From Nitrospinales bacterium (GTDB lineage: Bacteria; Nitrospinota; Nitrospinia; Nitrospinales; VA-1): a stretch of DNA of 64,000 bases. Positions 1 to 8,641 of the stretch are shown here, piece by piece. Position 1 is the first letter of the stretch. Each line of letters starts with the position of its first letter. The notes under the pieces are model-generated. The model did not search any database and was not told the DNA's origin. It saw nothing but the letters and a program-made list of their open reading frames with translations. The stretch is from assembly GCA_965223345.1 (NCBI GenBank), contig CBDCWG010000012.1, positions 1,152,001-1,216,000 on the forward strand, written 5' to 3'. The translations under genes were made by a program, and so were the position numbers.

Positions 1-2
1 AC

Positions 3-563
3 TCGATCATCGGGCTGCCCGAGGAGACCGATGCGGACATCGACAGCTTCATCGCGCTGGTGGAGCGGGTGATGCAGGTTTACGTGGAGGCGTCGCGCAA
101 ACGCGGGCGCATCGGGCATGTGATCATCAGTCTGAGCCCGCTGATCCCGAAACCGGGAACGCCGTTTCAATGGCATCCCATGGAACCGGTGGCCAGCCTG
201 AAAAAGAAATTCATGCGGGTGCGCAAGGCGCTGGGGCGGCAGCCGCATCTGAAGCTCAGCCTCGGATCGCCCAAAGAGGCGTATCTGCAAACTTATCTGT
301 CGCGCGGCGACCGCAGCCTGCTGGCTTTTTTTCAGCACTACCTCGCAAACGGACACGACGCCCAGGATGCGGTGAAAGCCTTTCGCGCGAGCGCGGACCG
401 CTTCGTGTACCGGCAGTACGGTGCGGAGGACGCGTTGCCCTGGGACATCGTCGATCACGGCTACAAAAACGATTTTCTCTGGCAGGACTATCAACGCGGA
501 CTGAAAGAAGCGCACACGCCGGTGTGCGACACGGCCGTCTGCAAAATCTGTGGTGTCTGCTGA
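3..563 (+). CDS. Radical SAM protein, C-terminal part (TIGR03960/YgiQ-like, probably B12-binding family); 5' truncated by window edge
   Basis: Frame open from nt 3 (SIIGLPEETDADID, the GxPxET motif of radical SAM barrels), then PKPGTPFQW, LPWD and a C-terminal CxxxxCxxCGVC cluster. Confidence 0.8.
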   Translation, partial: SIIGLPEETDADIDSFIALVERVMQVYVEASRKRGRIGHVIISLSPLIPKPGTPFQWHPMEPVASLKKKFMRVRKALGRQPHLKLSLGSPKEAYLQTYLSRGDRSLLAFFQHYLANGHDAQDAVKAFRASADRFVYRQYGAEDALPWDIVDHGYKNDFLWQDYQRGLKEAHTPVCDTAVCKICGVC

Positions 564-581
564 CCGTATCCTTCCTGTTCG

Positions 582-1505
582 ATGCAACTGATTCCCGTAT
601 TCAAACCCGAAAAAATGCACAAGCTCGCACCCGAGGCGCGCTTTTTCGACATCAACGACTGGTGGTACTTCGCCAACGAGCAGGCGGTGCGCTGGCTGTA
701 CGCCCGGCCGGTGTCGGCGAACCAGATCACGCTGTTGTCGCTGGTGCTGGGGCTTGCGGCGGCGCGTTGTTATCTGATTCCGGGCGTGGTGGGACTGGTA
801 TTGGGGGCGGTGCTGCTGTACAGCAAGGTTTTTTTCGACAATGTGGACGGCAATCTGGCGCGCGCCCGCGGTGAGGTTTCCCGGTACGGGCGTTTTTTCG
901 ATTCGCTCACCGATTTCTGGGTTGCGTTCGCGGTGTACGCGGCGCTCAGCCACCGGCTGACCGCGGCATCGGGGGATGCGTTTTTCTGGGCGCTGGGGGC
1001 GGTCGCGTTTTTGAGCTGCCTGCTGCACTGCTCCTACTTCGTTTTTTATCTCGTCAGCTACACCTCGCGCGTCGGGGCTTACGCGATGAACCGGCTGCGC
1101 GAGGACGTGACGGCCGAAGATGAAAAAGCCGTGCGTTCGGGAGAACTGTCTCAAGGGGTTCTGTTTCTGCAGCGGATGCACGCGCTGCTTTACGGCTGGC
1201 AGGACGGCCTGATCGAAATGCTGGACCGTTTCAGCCGCAGGCTGGCCGGGCGGTTTCGCTGGCCCGTGGAAGAGAGGACGTGGTACGCGGATAAAGTCTT
1301 TCTCTCGCTCAGCAGCCCGTTGTGCCTGTGCACCAACAACATGGTGCTGGTGGTGTTTTCCCTGATCGGTCGGCCGGAGCTTGCGTTTTACCTGATCGTT
1401 TCCCTGGGCAACGTCTACCTGATCGGTCTGCAGCTGTATAAAATTTTAAAGCACCGTTCGACGTCTCCTGATCCGGATAATCGGCTGTACGGCAGGCGTG
1501 GATGA
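582..1505 (+). CDS. CDP-alcohol phosphatidyltransferase family membrane protein
   Basis: Signature DxxDGxxAR...GxxxDxxxD seen as DNVDGNLARARGEVSRYGRFFDSLTD; ANQIT motif; several hydrophobic helices. Confidence 0.9.
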   Translation: MQLIPVFKPEKMHKLAPEARFFDINDWWYFANEQAVRWLYARPVSANQITLLSLVLGLAAARCYLIPGVVGLVLGAVLLYSKVFFDNVDGNLARARGEVSRYGRFFDSLTDFWVAFAVYAALSHRLTAASGDAFFWALGAVAFLSCLLHCSYFVFYLVSYTSRVGAYAMNRLREDVTAEDEKAVRSGELSQGVLFLQRMHALLYGWQDGLIEMLDRFSRRLAGRFRWPVEERTWYADKVFLSLSSPLCLCTNNMVLVVFSLIGRPELAFYLIVSLGNVYLIGLQLYKILKHRSTSPDPDNRLYGRRG

Positions 1506-1540
1506 AGGGTGCGGGCGAGATGTTCCCGGCGTGAGATGGG

Positions 1541-2233
1541 TCAGTTGAGGCGCACGTCGGCGCCGCGCGCTTTGAGATTTTTCGAGCGCGCGACGATGGC
1601 GATTTTTTCCTGCAGCAGCGCCGTCAGGATCTCGGTGCGGCGCATCACGTCCTGTTCTTCGAGGAGGACCTGTCGCTGCTCGGCCAGCAGGTTGAGCGCG
1701 TAGGCCAGGTTGTCCACCAGTTCGCCCAGCCGCGGGAAGCTTTCCTCGCCGGGAATCTGTTTGGGTTTCTTGCCGGCGGGCAGGGCTTCGGCGTAGCGGC
1801 GCACCTGCTGCAAAAGCGCGGTTACGGCGGGAGACGGGCCGGAACCCAGCAGCACGTCGTTGCTGTCTTTGAGCGTCTCGATGGCGGCGCGGCGATACGG
1901 TTTGCCGCCGAATTCGCGCACGATGCGGAAGCGGTTCTGACCGCGCAGCACCAGATCGTATTTGCCGTCAGGAAAGCGGATGTGGTGCTCGATCATGCCG
2001 ACGCATCCCACCTCGACGATCGCAGGCGAGGCGTGATAGTTTTCCTCCCAGCCCGGTTTGAGCAGGACCATGCCGATCCGTCCTTCCCCCTCCAGCGCCT
2101 CGGAAATCATCTGCCGGTAGCGCGGCTCGAAAATGTGCAGCGGCAGATGGGTCTTGGGATAAAACACGGTCGAGGGCAGGGGAAACAGCGAAATACCATC
2201 GCCGGAGGCCGGGTTTTTCGGGTCGGGTTGCAT
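1541..2233 (-). CDS. LON peptidase substrate-binding (N-terminal) domain protein
   Basis: LFPLPSTVFYPKTHLPLHIFEPRYRQM...VGCVG...DGKYDLVLRGQNRFRI; no AAA+ or protease domain. Confidence 0.9.
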   Translation of the reverse strand: MQPDPKNPASGDGISLFPLPSTVFYPKTHLPLHIFEPRYRQMISEALEGEGRIGMVLLKPGWEENYHASPAIVEVGCVGMIEHHIRFPDGKYDLVLRGQNRFRIVREFGGKPYRRAAIETLKDSNDVLLGSGPSPAVTALLQQVRRYAEALPAGKKPKQIPGEESFPRLGELVDNLAYALNLLAEQRQVLLEEQDVMRRTEILTALLQEKIAIVARSKNLKARGADVRLN

Positions 2234-2378
2234 GCAGATTCACCGTTTTTCAAAGTCCGCGGGACGGCCCGCTTGGGGCCGTTTGAGGCCCTGAAAGCGC
2301 GGTTTTCGCCGTATCCAGAACCTGTGCCGGATTCCGGCATCTAAACTAGCAGCAATCGGTTCTCTTTTATAGGGTTTA

Positions 2379-2407
2379 TTGACATTCTTGCGCTAATTTC
2401 TTAGTCT
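2379..2407 (+). promoter_or_regulatory. Putative sigma70 promoter for ATP-grasp/glutaredoxin/KamA operon
   Basis: TTGACA (2379-2384), 17 bp spacer, TAGTCT (2402-2407), 12 bp before the ATG at 2420. Confidence 0.6.
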
Positions 2408-2419
2408 GCCACGAAGGTT

Positions 2420-3829
2420 ATGATCACACAGCCCGACGACAAGTTTTCCGCCATCAAATCCTTTCTCACGCAATCGGGTCTTTATGCCGACGCCGCCGCG
2501 CTTTCGCAAGCGGGCGCGCATCACTGGCGCATTTCTCCGGAACCGTATTTTCTGTCCCCCGAGGAACTTGAGTTTTTCACCGCCCTGGGCGAGCACCTGC
2601 TGAGTTTCTATGCGGCGCTGAACCGGCTTTACTGGGACAGCTTCAAGGGGCAGGCTCCCGGCTGGGTGGCCGAGTACCTGGATCTCGGCAAACCGCCGCA
2701 CCTGATCGAGATGGGGCGCATGAAGCGCTTCAAAAAGCAGCTGCCGGGCATCATCCGGCCGGATGTGATCGTGACGGAGGGCGGGCATGCGATCACGGAG
2801 CTGGATTCGGTTCCGGGCGGCTTCGGCGCGACGGCGGGGCTGATGTCGCTTTTCCAGGACGACGGCCACGCGCTGGCAGGCGAGGCCGAAGGTGGCATTC
2901 CCGCGCTGTTTTACAGGATGATCGAATCGGCCGCCGGGAGCCCCGGATGCACGCTGGGCATCGTGGTGTCGGACGAGGCTCAGGACTACCGCGGCGAGAT
3001 GGAATACCTCGCCGGTGAATTGCGCAAAATGGGGCATCCGGTGTATGCGGTGCATCCGCGCGAGGTGCTGTTCCGGGAAGAAGGGTTGTGCGTGCGCGAC
3101 GGCGAGCGCGACGTGCCGCTGGATGTGGTCTACCGTTTTTACGAGTTGTTCGATCTGAAAAATATCCCCAAATCGGAACTTTTTCTCTACAGTCACAAAA
3201 AGGGCAGAGTGCAGACCTCCCCGCCGTTTAAGACCTATCTTGAGGAAAAGCTGAGTTTTGCGCTGTTCCACCACCCCGCACTGGCGCCATTTTGGGAAAA
3301 TGCCCTGGGGAGTGAAACTTTTGCATTCCTATCTCATCTAATTCCAGAAACCTGGGTTCTGGACAACCGGGAGCTGCCGCCGCACGCGGTGATCCCCGGC
3401 TTGCGCCTCAGAGGGGCAGCGGTGACAAGCTGGAAGGAACTGTTCGATCTGACCCAGAAGGAACGGGAATTTGTGATCAAGCCCTCGGGGTTTTCCCCGG
3501 AATCCTGGGGCAGCCGCGGCGTCGTGGTGGGTCACGACGTTCCCGCCACAGAGTGGCGGGAAACGCTGGAAAAAAGTCTGCGCGCGTTCGACACGCAGCC
3601 ATCCATCCTGCAGGTGTTCCGCAAGGGCAAGGTGGTGTCGAAATCCTATTTCGACGCCGACACCGGAATGCAGCGGGAGATGAAAAGCCGGGTGCGGTTG
3701 ACGCCTTACTATTTCGTGGTGGAAGGCGCGCCGAAGCTGGGGGGCATGCTCGCAACCCTGTGTCCTCACGACAAGAAGAAGATTCACGGGATGGCCGATG
3801 CCATCATGGTTCCATGCGCCGTCAGGTGA
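2420..3829 (+). CDS. Uncharacterised circularly permuted ATP-grasp-like amide ligase (glutathionylspermidine/glutathione synthetase-like fold)
   Basis: IRPDVIV...ITELDSVPGG resembles the RxD...ExN/D metal/ATP motif; DVVYRFYELFD; FVIKPSGFSPESWGSRGV resembles the KP...G-loop; ILQ near C-terminus. Confidence 0.6.
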   Translation: MITQPDDKFSAIKSFLTQSGLYADAAALSQAGAHHWRISPEPYFLSPEELEFFTALGEHLLSFYAALNRLYWDSFKGQAPGWVAEYLDLGKPPHLIEMGRMKRFKKQLPGIIRPDVIVTEGGHAITELDSVPGGFGATAGLMSLFQDDGHALAGEAEGGIPALFYRMIESAAGSPGCTLGIVVSDEAQDYRGEMEYLAGELRKMGHPVYAVHPREVLFREEGLCVRDGERDVPLDVVYRFYELFDLKNIPKSELFLYSHKKGRVQTSPPFKTYLEEKLSFALFHHPALAPFWENALGSETFAFLSHLIPETWVLDNRELPPHAVIPGLRLRGAAVTSWKELFDLTQKEREFVIKPSGFSPESWGSRGVVVGHDVPATEWRETLEKSLRAFDTQPSILQVFRKGKVVSKSYFDADTGMQREMKSRVRLTPYYFVVEGAPKLGGMLATLCPHDKKKIHGMADAIMVPCAVR

Positions 3830-3867
3830 GTGGTTTTTTTCATCGTAGATCGGGAAACGAAATCGCC

Positions 3868-4110
3868 ATGATCAAACTGTACAACATTGATGGATGTGGT
3901 TACTGCGCCATGGTTCGCAATGTCCTCGACGAACTGGGGCTGGAATTTGAAAAAATCGATGTTCCCTGGCCGCATCTGCAGCGCGATGAGGTCTTCCGGG
4001 TTTCAGGACAGTACACCGTCCCGGTCATGGTGGATGGCGATGTGGTCCTGGACGATGAATTCAAGATCATCGACTACCTGAAGAGCACCTATCCTGTTAA
4101 TTCCAAATAG
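3868..4110 (+). CDS. Glutaredoxin / GST-N-like thiol-disulfide oxidoreductase (80 aa)
   Basis: MIKLYNIDGCGYCAMVR (CxxC) and SGQYTVPVMVDGD (TVP cis-Pro motif); start ATG 3868 inside track ORF 3553..4110. Confidence 0.9.
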   Translation: MIKLYNIDGCGYCAMVRNVLDELGLEFEKIDVPWPHLQRDEVFRVSGQYTVPVMVDGDVVLDDEFKIIDYLKSTYPVNSK

Positions 4111-4124
4111 CTGAAAGGGGCAAC

Positions 4125-5276
4125 ATGGAACAGTGGCAAAAACTTCTCAGCCGCAGTGTGGTCAAGGTGGAGGACCTGCCTTTCCTGCCGGATTCCTCTC
4201 CCGAGTACCGGGACAAGCTCAAAAAGGTTGCCGAGGTGTTTCCGGTGCGGATCAACGCTTATTTCATGGACCAGATCCGCGAAGAAAACGACCCCATGTG
4301 GAAACAGGTGGTGCCCACGCTCGAGGAGCTGGACGATTTCATCAGCGACGAGCAGGCCCTCGATTCCGACCCGCTGAACGAAGAAGGCGACATGCCCGTT
4401 CCCGAACTGGTGCACCGGTATCCCGACCGGGTGCTGCTGATGGTGAACAACCATTGTCCGATCATCTGCCGGTTCTGCACGCGCAAGCGCAAGATCGGCA
4501 TCCCCGGCATCGTGACGCGCGAAACCCTGCGCCGGGGCATCGAATACATCCGCAATCACCCCGAGATCCGCGATGTGATCCTGTCCGGTGGCGACCCGCT
4601 GCTGGTCCCCGACAAGGAGTTGGACCGCATTCTCGGCGAGCTGAGAGCGATCCCGCATCTGGAGATCATCCGCATCGGCACGCGGGTTCCCGGCACGCTG
4701 CCGCAGCGGGTCACCGAAGAGCTGTGCGCGATCCTGAAAAAGCATCACCCGCTCTACTTCAACATGCATTTCAACCACCCGGCGGAAATCACGCCGGAGG
4801 TGGAACAGGCCTGCAACCGGCTCGCCGACGCCGGGATTCCGCTGGGCAGCCAGACGGTGCTTTTGGAAGGGGTGAACGACGACTCGGAGACCATGAAGCA
4901 GCTCATGCACAAGCTGCTCAAAATCCGCGTCAAGCCTTACTATATTTACCAGGCCGACATGACCCTGGGCACGAACCATTTCCGCACGACGGTCGAGAAG
5001 GGCCTGGAAATCCTCAACGATCTGATGGGCCACACCTCCGGCATGGGCGTGCCCTATTATGTGATCGACACGCCGGGAGGCGGGGGCAAGGTGCGGCTGC
5101 TGCCCAATTCCATCGTCGAGCACAATGAGAAGGAAGTGGTCATCCGCAATTTTGAGGGCAAGGTCTACCGCTACCCCCAGCCGGGAGAGCCTGTAAAGAC
5201 CCCAAATCACGGAAAAGACGTCGATTCCGCCAAAAACGCCCCGGCGGACGCCAATATGTGCCAGCTGCCCGCCTGA
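4125..5276 (+). CDS. kamA: KamA family radical SAM aminomutase (lysine 2,3-aminomutase-like)
   Basis: LVHRYPDRVLL, CPIICRFCTRKR (CxxxCxxC), SGGDPL, IRIGTRVP, HFNHP, QTVLLEGVND, PYYIYQAD, DTPGGGGK (PLP lysine). Confidence 0.88.
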   Translation: MEQWQKLLSRSVVKVEDLPFLPDSSPEYRDKLKKVAEVFPVRINAYFMDQIREENDPMWKQVVPTLEELDDFISDEQALDSDPLNEEGDMPVPELVHRYPDRVLLMVNNHCPIICRFCTRKRKIGIPGIVTRETLRRGIEYIRNHPEIRDVILSGGDPLLVPDKELDRILGELRAIPHLEIIRIGTRVPGTLPQRVTEELCAILKKHHPLYFNMHFNHPAEITPEVEQACNRLADAGIPLGSQTVLLEGVNDDSETMKQLMHKLLKIRVKPYYIYQADMTLGTNHFRTTVEKGLEILNDLMGHTSGMGVPYYVIDTPGGGGKVRLLPNSIVEHNEKEVVIRNFEGKVYRYPQPGEPVKTPNHGKDVDSAKNAPADANMCQLPA

Positions 5277-5322
5277 CCCAAGTCTCCGTAAATATCTTGT
5301 TTTAAAAGCCTTACATGGATTC

Positions 5323-5347
5323 CGGGCGCGGATTTTGCGCCCGTTTT
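5323..5347 (+). terminator. Putative intrinsic terminator after kamA
   Basis: CGGGCGC(G)-GATTT-TGCGCCCG stem followed by TTTT. Confidence 0.5.
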
Positions 5348-5427
5348 CCCATCCCGCCCCGCCCGCCCCACGGGCGCTGTTTTTCCCGCGAAATAGCAGC
5401 TATCTTACTGAAAAACAAAGATTTTAT

Positions 5428-5456
5428 TAGACTCGCGCCCGGTTTCGCGTTATATT
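5428..5456 (+). promoter_or_regulatory. Putative sigma70 promoter upstream of exeA-like gene
   Basis: TAGACT, 17 bp, TATATT in AT-rich intergenic DNA. Confidence 0.45.
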
Positions 5457-5702
5457 GAATTTATATAAATTTCAATAAAATTTACCAAATTGGGCGGGGT
5501 CCCGCATGCGACGTCATCGGTGTTCCCACAGATTCATTGGCTTTCATTTTCTGCGGCTTATTGCCCGCCTGTGCGGTTCAGCAACTGACCCCGGAAATCA
5601 GGGTGGGGCGGCCGTCGCTGACCGATTGCAAACAGAAACGGACCGGCTGTTCGATCTACCGAGCCGGATCCCAATGGGAACCTAAAGAACGTAAATTGGG
5701 CC

Positions 5703-7301
5703 ATGTACGAACAATTTTACAGACTGACTGAAAAACCGTTCAACCTGACACCCGATCCGAAGTTTTTCTTCATGAGCAAACAGCATCAGGGGGCGATGGA
5801 TCACCTGCTGTACGGCATCAGGCAGCGGGAGGGGTTCATGGCGGTGGTGGGCGCCGTGGGGACGGGCAAGACCACGTTGTGCCGGTGTCTGCTGGAAAAG
5901 CTGGAACCCAATATCAAGGTGGCGTTGGTCCTGAACCCGATGATTTCCGGCATGGATCTGCTCCGCACCTGTGTCCAGGATCTTGAGGTGACGCCGGTGA
6001 AGACCCTGATCGAGGATCCGCTGCCGCCGCTGATGTTTGGGGATGAAGGCGAAGGCAGTGAAGAGGATTTGTCCATCGATCCCGAATCGCTGGCGGTTCC
6101 CATCGAGGACTCCGGGCAGGAAGAAGCGGACGCAGCTCTGGACGAACTGGTGGTGGAAGATCTGCCCCAGGATGAGATGAACGGCGACTGGGTTTACGGC
6201 GCGTCCAAGATGGAGCTGATCGACGCGTTGAACGACTTTCTGCTGGAGCAGCACCGGGCGGGCGGTTCCACGGTGCTGATCATCGACGAGGCGCAGAACC
6301 TCTCTCTCGATGTGATGGAGCAGCTGCGCGTGCTGTCCAACCTGGAAACCGAGAAGGAAAAACTGCTGCAGATCATTTTCGTGGGGCAAAAGGAACTCAA
6401 CGAAAAACTGCAACGGCCGGAACTGAAACAATTGAACCAGCGCATCTCCATCCGCTACGAGATCGGTCCGTTGACGAAAGAGGAAACCAGCCAGTACGTT
6501 CAGCACCGCATCCGGATCGCGGGCGCCGGAGCGCGCGTGAGTTTCAACAAGTCGGCCGTCAATGAAGTGTATCGCTATTCCAAGGGAACGCCGCGTCTGA
6601 TCAACCTGGTGTGCGACCGCGCATTGCTGGGCGGATACAGTGTTCAGGCGGACACGATCGAGCGCAGCCACGTCAAGCAGGCGATCCAGAGCCTGCTGGG
6701 CAAGGACGGACGCGCTGCGGTGAAGAGCGGGTTTCTGAAATCGAAGATTCCGGCGTACGCCGCGGCGGCGATCCTGTTGGTGGGGCTCGCGTCCGTGCTG
6801 CTTCCCCGCTTCGACATCGATTTTAAGAAGGAAACGGAAGGGCTGCTGGCTCTCGTCGGCGGGTTTTCCTTTTTTCAGGAAGACACGGAAACGGTTTCCC
6901 TGCCTGCGCCGCGTTCCAAAGCGAAACCCTCGGTCAAGCCGCCGCAAGCTCCCGCGGCTGTCTCGCACCCGATGCTGGAACCGGTCAAAGCCACGCCCGC
7001 AGCGGCAGTGGAGCGGAGCGACGCGCAGGCCACTATCCCGCTGGCGTTCCCGCAAGGCAGCGGGGATTACCGCATTCAGCTGTATTCGTTGAACGAAGTC
7101 GCACTGGCGAACGAGGAAGTGGAGCGGCTCAAGGAGGAAGGTTTCGACGCTTACTGGAAAAAGGCTTCTTCCCGCGGGCAGGATTGGTATATCGTGTACG
7201 TGGGTCCTTTCAAGGACATGAAACCCGCGCGTATTTATCTCGACGCCCTGAAATACTCCGGACGCAATCCGATTCTTTTGTCCGTTTCCAAATCCGGTTG
7301 A
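5703..7301 (+). CDS. ExeA/GspA-type AAA ATPase with TM helix and C-terminal SPOR domain
   Basis: MYEQFYRLTEKPFNLTPDP N-terminus, Walker A GAVGTGKT, Walker B LIIDEAQNL, GTPRLINLVCD; C-terminal YRIQLYS...WYIVYVGPF SPOR-like domain. Confidence 0.88.
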   Translation: MYEQFYRLTEKPFNLTPDPKFFFMSKQHQGAMDHLLYGIRQREGFMAVVGAVGTGKTTLCRCLLEKLEPNIKVALVLNPMISGMDLLRTCVQDLEVTPVKTLIEDPLPPLMFGDEGEGSEEDLSIDPESLAVPIEDSGQEEADAALDELVVEDLPQDEMNGDWVYGASKMELIDALNDFLLEQHRAGGSTVLIIDEAQNLSLDVMEQLRVLSNLETEKEKLLQIIFVGQKELNEKLQRPELKQLNQRISIRYEIGPLTKEETSQYVQHRIRIAGAGARVSFNKSAVNEVYRYSKGTPRLINLVCDRALLGGYSVQADTIERSHVKQAIQSLLGKDGRAAVKSGFLKSKIPAYAAAAILLVGLASVLLPRFDIDFKKETEGLLALVGGFSFFQEDTETVSLPAPRSKAKPSVKPPQAPAAVSHPMLEPVKATPAAAVERSDAQATIPLAFPQGSGDYRIQLYSLNEVALANEEVERLKEEGFDAYWKKASSRGQDWYIVYVGPFKDMKPARIYLDALKYSGRNPILLSVSKSG

Positions 7302-7311
7302 GTGTGCCGTT

Positions 7312-8544
7312 TTGAGCCTGATCGCCGACAACCTGAAAAAAGCCTCCCAGGAGAAGGCGGCTCAAACCAAAGCGCCGCCGGATTTCAACGTGATGGCCCG
7401 CACACCCGCCGCGGGGAGCGCGCGGCTGGGACCGCTGTTGCGATTCCTCTTTCTGATCCTGATTCCCCTGTGTTTTCTGGTGTATCTGTTTTCGGTGGGC
7501 GCCTTCGACCGCCTGCTGGATCGGGTGTCGGCTCCGGTTTCTTCCACAGCCGCACAGAAACAGGCGCCGCCGGCGCCGAAGCCCGTCGCAGCGAAGCGGC
7601 CGCAGCCGATGATCGAGCGGACCGCGGTTCTGGCACCCGTTTCCCCACAGGCGGCGGTGAAAACGCTTTCCTTCATACCGCCGGCCGTTGAGACCGGGAT
7701 CCATCCGGCTGAAAAAAAACGCACACAAAAGATCGATCTGCAAAAGATTCCGTCGGTGCAAGCGAGGGTCCTCGCTGCGGCGGACACGGCGGACATTCGC
7801 GTGCTCCCGCAAGCGGCAGCCGTTGCCGATGTCGGGAAAGCGGGCCCGTCCCCGGCAGCGCCGAGAGCCATCACCCCTGTGCCCGAAAAAACCGATGACA
7901 ATGCGGAGGCCACGGCCGTGTTTTCCGCAGTGCAGAATCCGCTTCCCGAGCCCACCGTTTCCAATCAATCATTCCAGAGCAGCCTGCATCATTTCAACCG
8001 CGCCCTGTTTTTTCAGCAGGCCCGGGAGTGGGAAAAAGCGCTTTCAAGCTATTCGGAAGCGGCGCGGCTCGACCCGGACAACGCCGACACCCACAACAAC
8101 AAGGGGGTGATTTACAAGGAATTGGGGCAGTACGACCGGGCGGTGGACGCGTTTTTGCGGGCGGTCTTTTTAAAACCGGATTACGGCAACGCTTACAACA
8201 ACATCGGCGTGGTATACTATCTGCAAAAAAAATACGACGAGGCGGTTCGCAATTACCGCAAGGCGATTGAGATTCATCCGGACAATCCGGAAGTGTTCAA
8301 CAACCTGGCCATCGTTTACAGGAACAACAGTGAGCTTGCGAAAGCGCAGTCGATTTTGAACCGCGCGCTTTCGCTCCATCCCGATCATCCCGGCACCCAT
8401 TATCATCTCGCGGCGCTGTATGAGGAAACGGGAGACACTGCGTCGTCGCTGCATCACTACCGGCGGTTTCTGGAAGTGGGGGCGGCGCAGCACCCGACGC
8501 TGGCGCAGCGGGTGAAAGAACGTGTGAACGGGTCCAAACCCTGA
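7312..8544 (+). CDS. Membrane-anchored tetratricopeptide repeat protein (MshN/ExeB-like partner)
   Basis: SLIADNLKKA N-terminus, one TM helix, Pro/Ala-rich linker, about five TPRs (AYNNIGVVY, VFNNLAIVY). Confidence 0.8.
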   Translation: MSLIADNLKKASQEKAAQTKAPPDFNVMARTPAAGSARLGPLLRFLFLILIPLCFLVYLFSVGAFDRLLDRVSAPVSSTAAQKQAPPAPKPVAAKRPQPMIERTAVLAPVSPQAAVKTLSFIPPAVETGIHPAEKKRTQKIDLQKIPSVQARVLAAADTADIRVLPQAAAVADVGKAGPSPAAPRAITPVPEKTDDNAEATAVFSAVQNPLPEPTVSNQSFQSSLHHFNRALFFQQAREWEKALSSYSEAARLDPDNADTHNNKGVIYKELGQYDRAVDAFLRAVFLKPDYGNAYNNIGVVYYLQKKYDEAVRNYRKAIEIHPDNPEVFNNLAIVYRNNSELAKAQSILNRALSLHPDHPGTHYHLAALYEETGDTASSLHHYRRFLEVGAAQHPTLAQRVKERVNGSKP

Positions 8545-8641
8545 AGCAACGCAAGGCATTTGATGGCAATCGCATGGATCGGGTCGATGCGAAGCGCTGA
8601 AGTCGTACGCAAATCGTGGCCCTCGTCATTCGTTTGGAATC

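Noticed and set aside
4125..5276. Calling the KamA-family gene epmB (EF-P beta-lysylation)
   Set aside because: No efp or epmA adjacent, and the DTPGGGGK region and length fit KamA/LAM better.
5506..5731. Short ORFs in the exeA leader (5506 ATG, ~59 aa; 5537..5731 with LLPAC lipobox-like text)
   Set aside because: No clear RBS, no recognisable family, and one overlaps the exeA start; cannot be supported.
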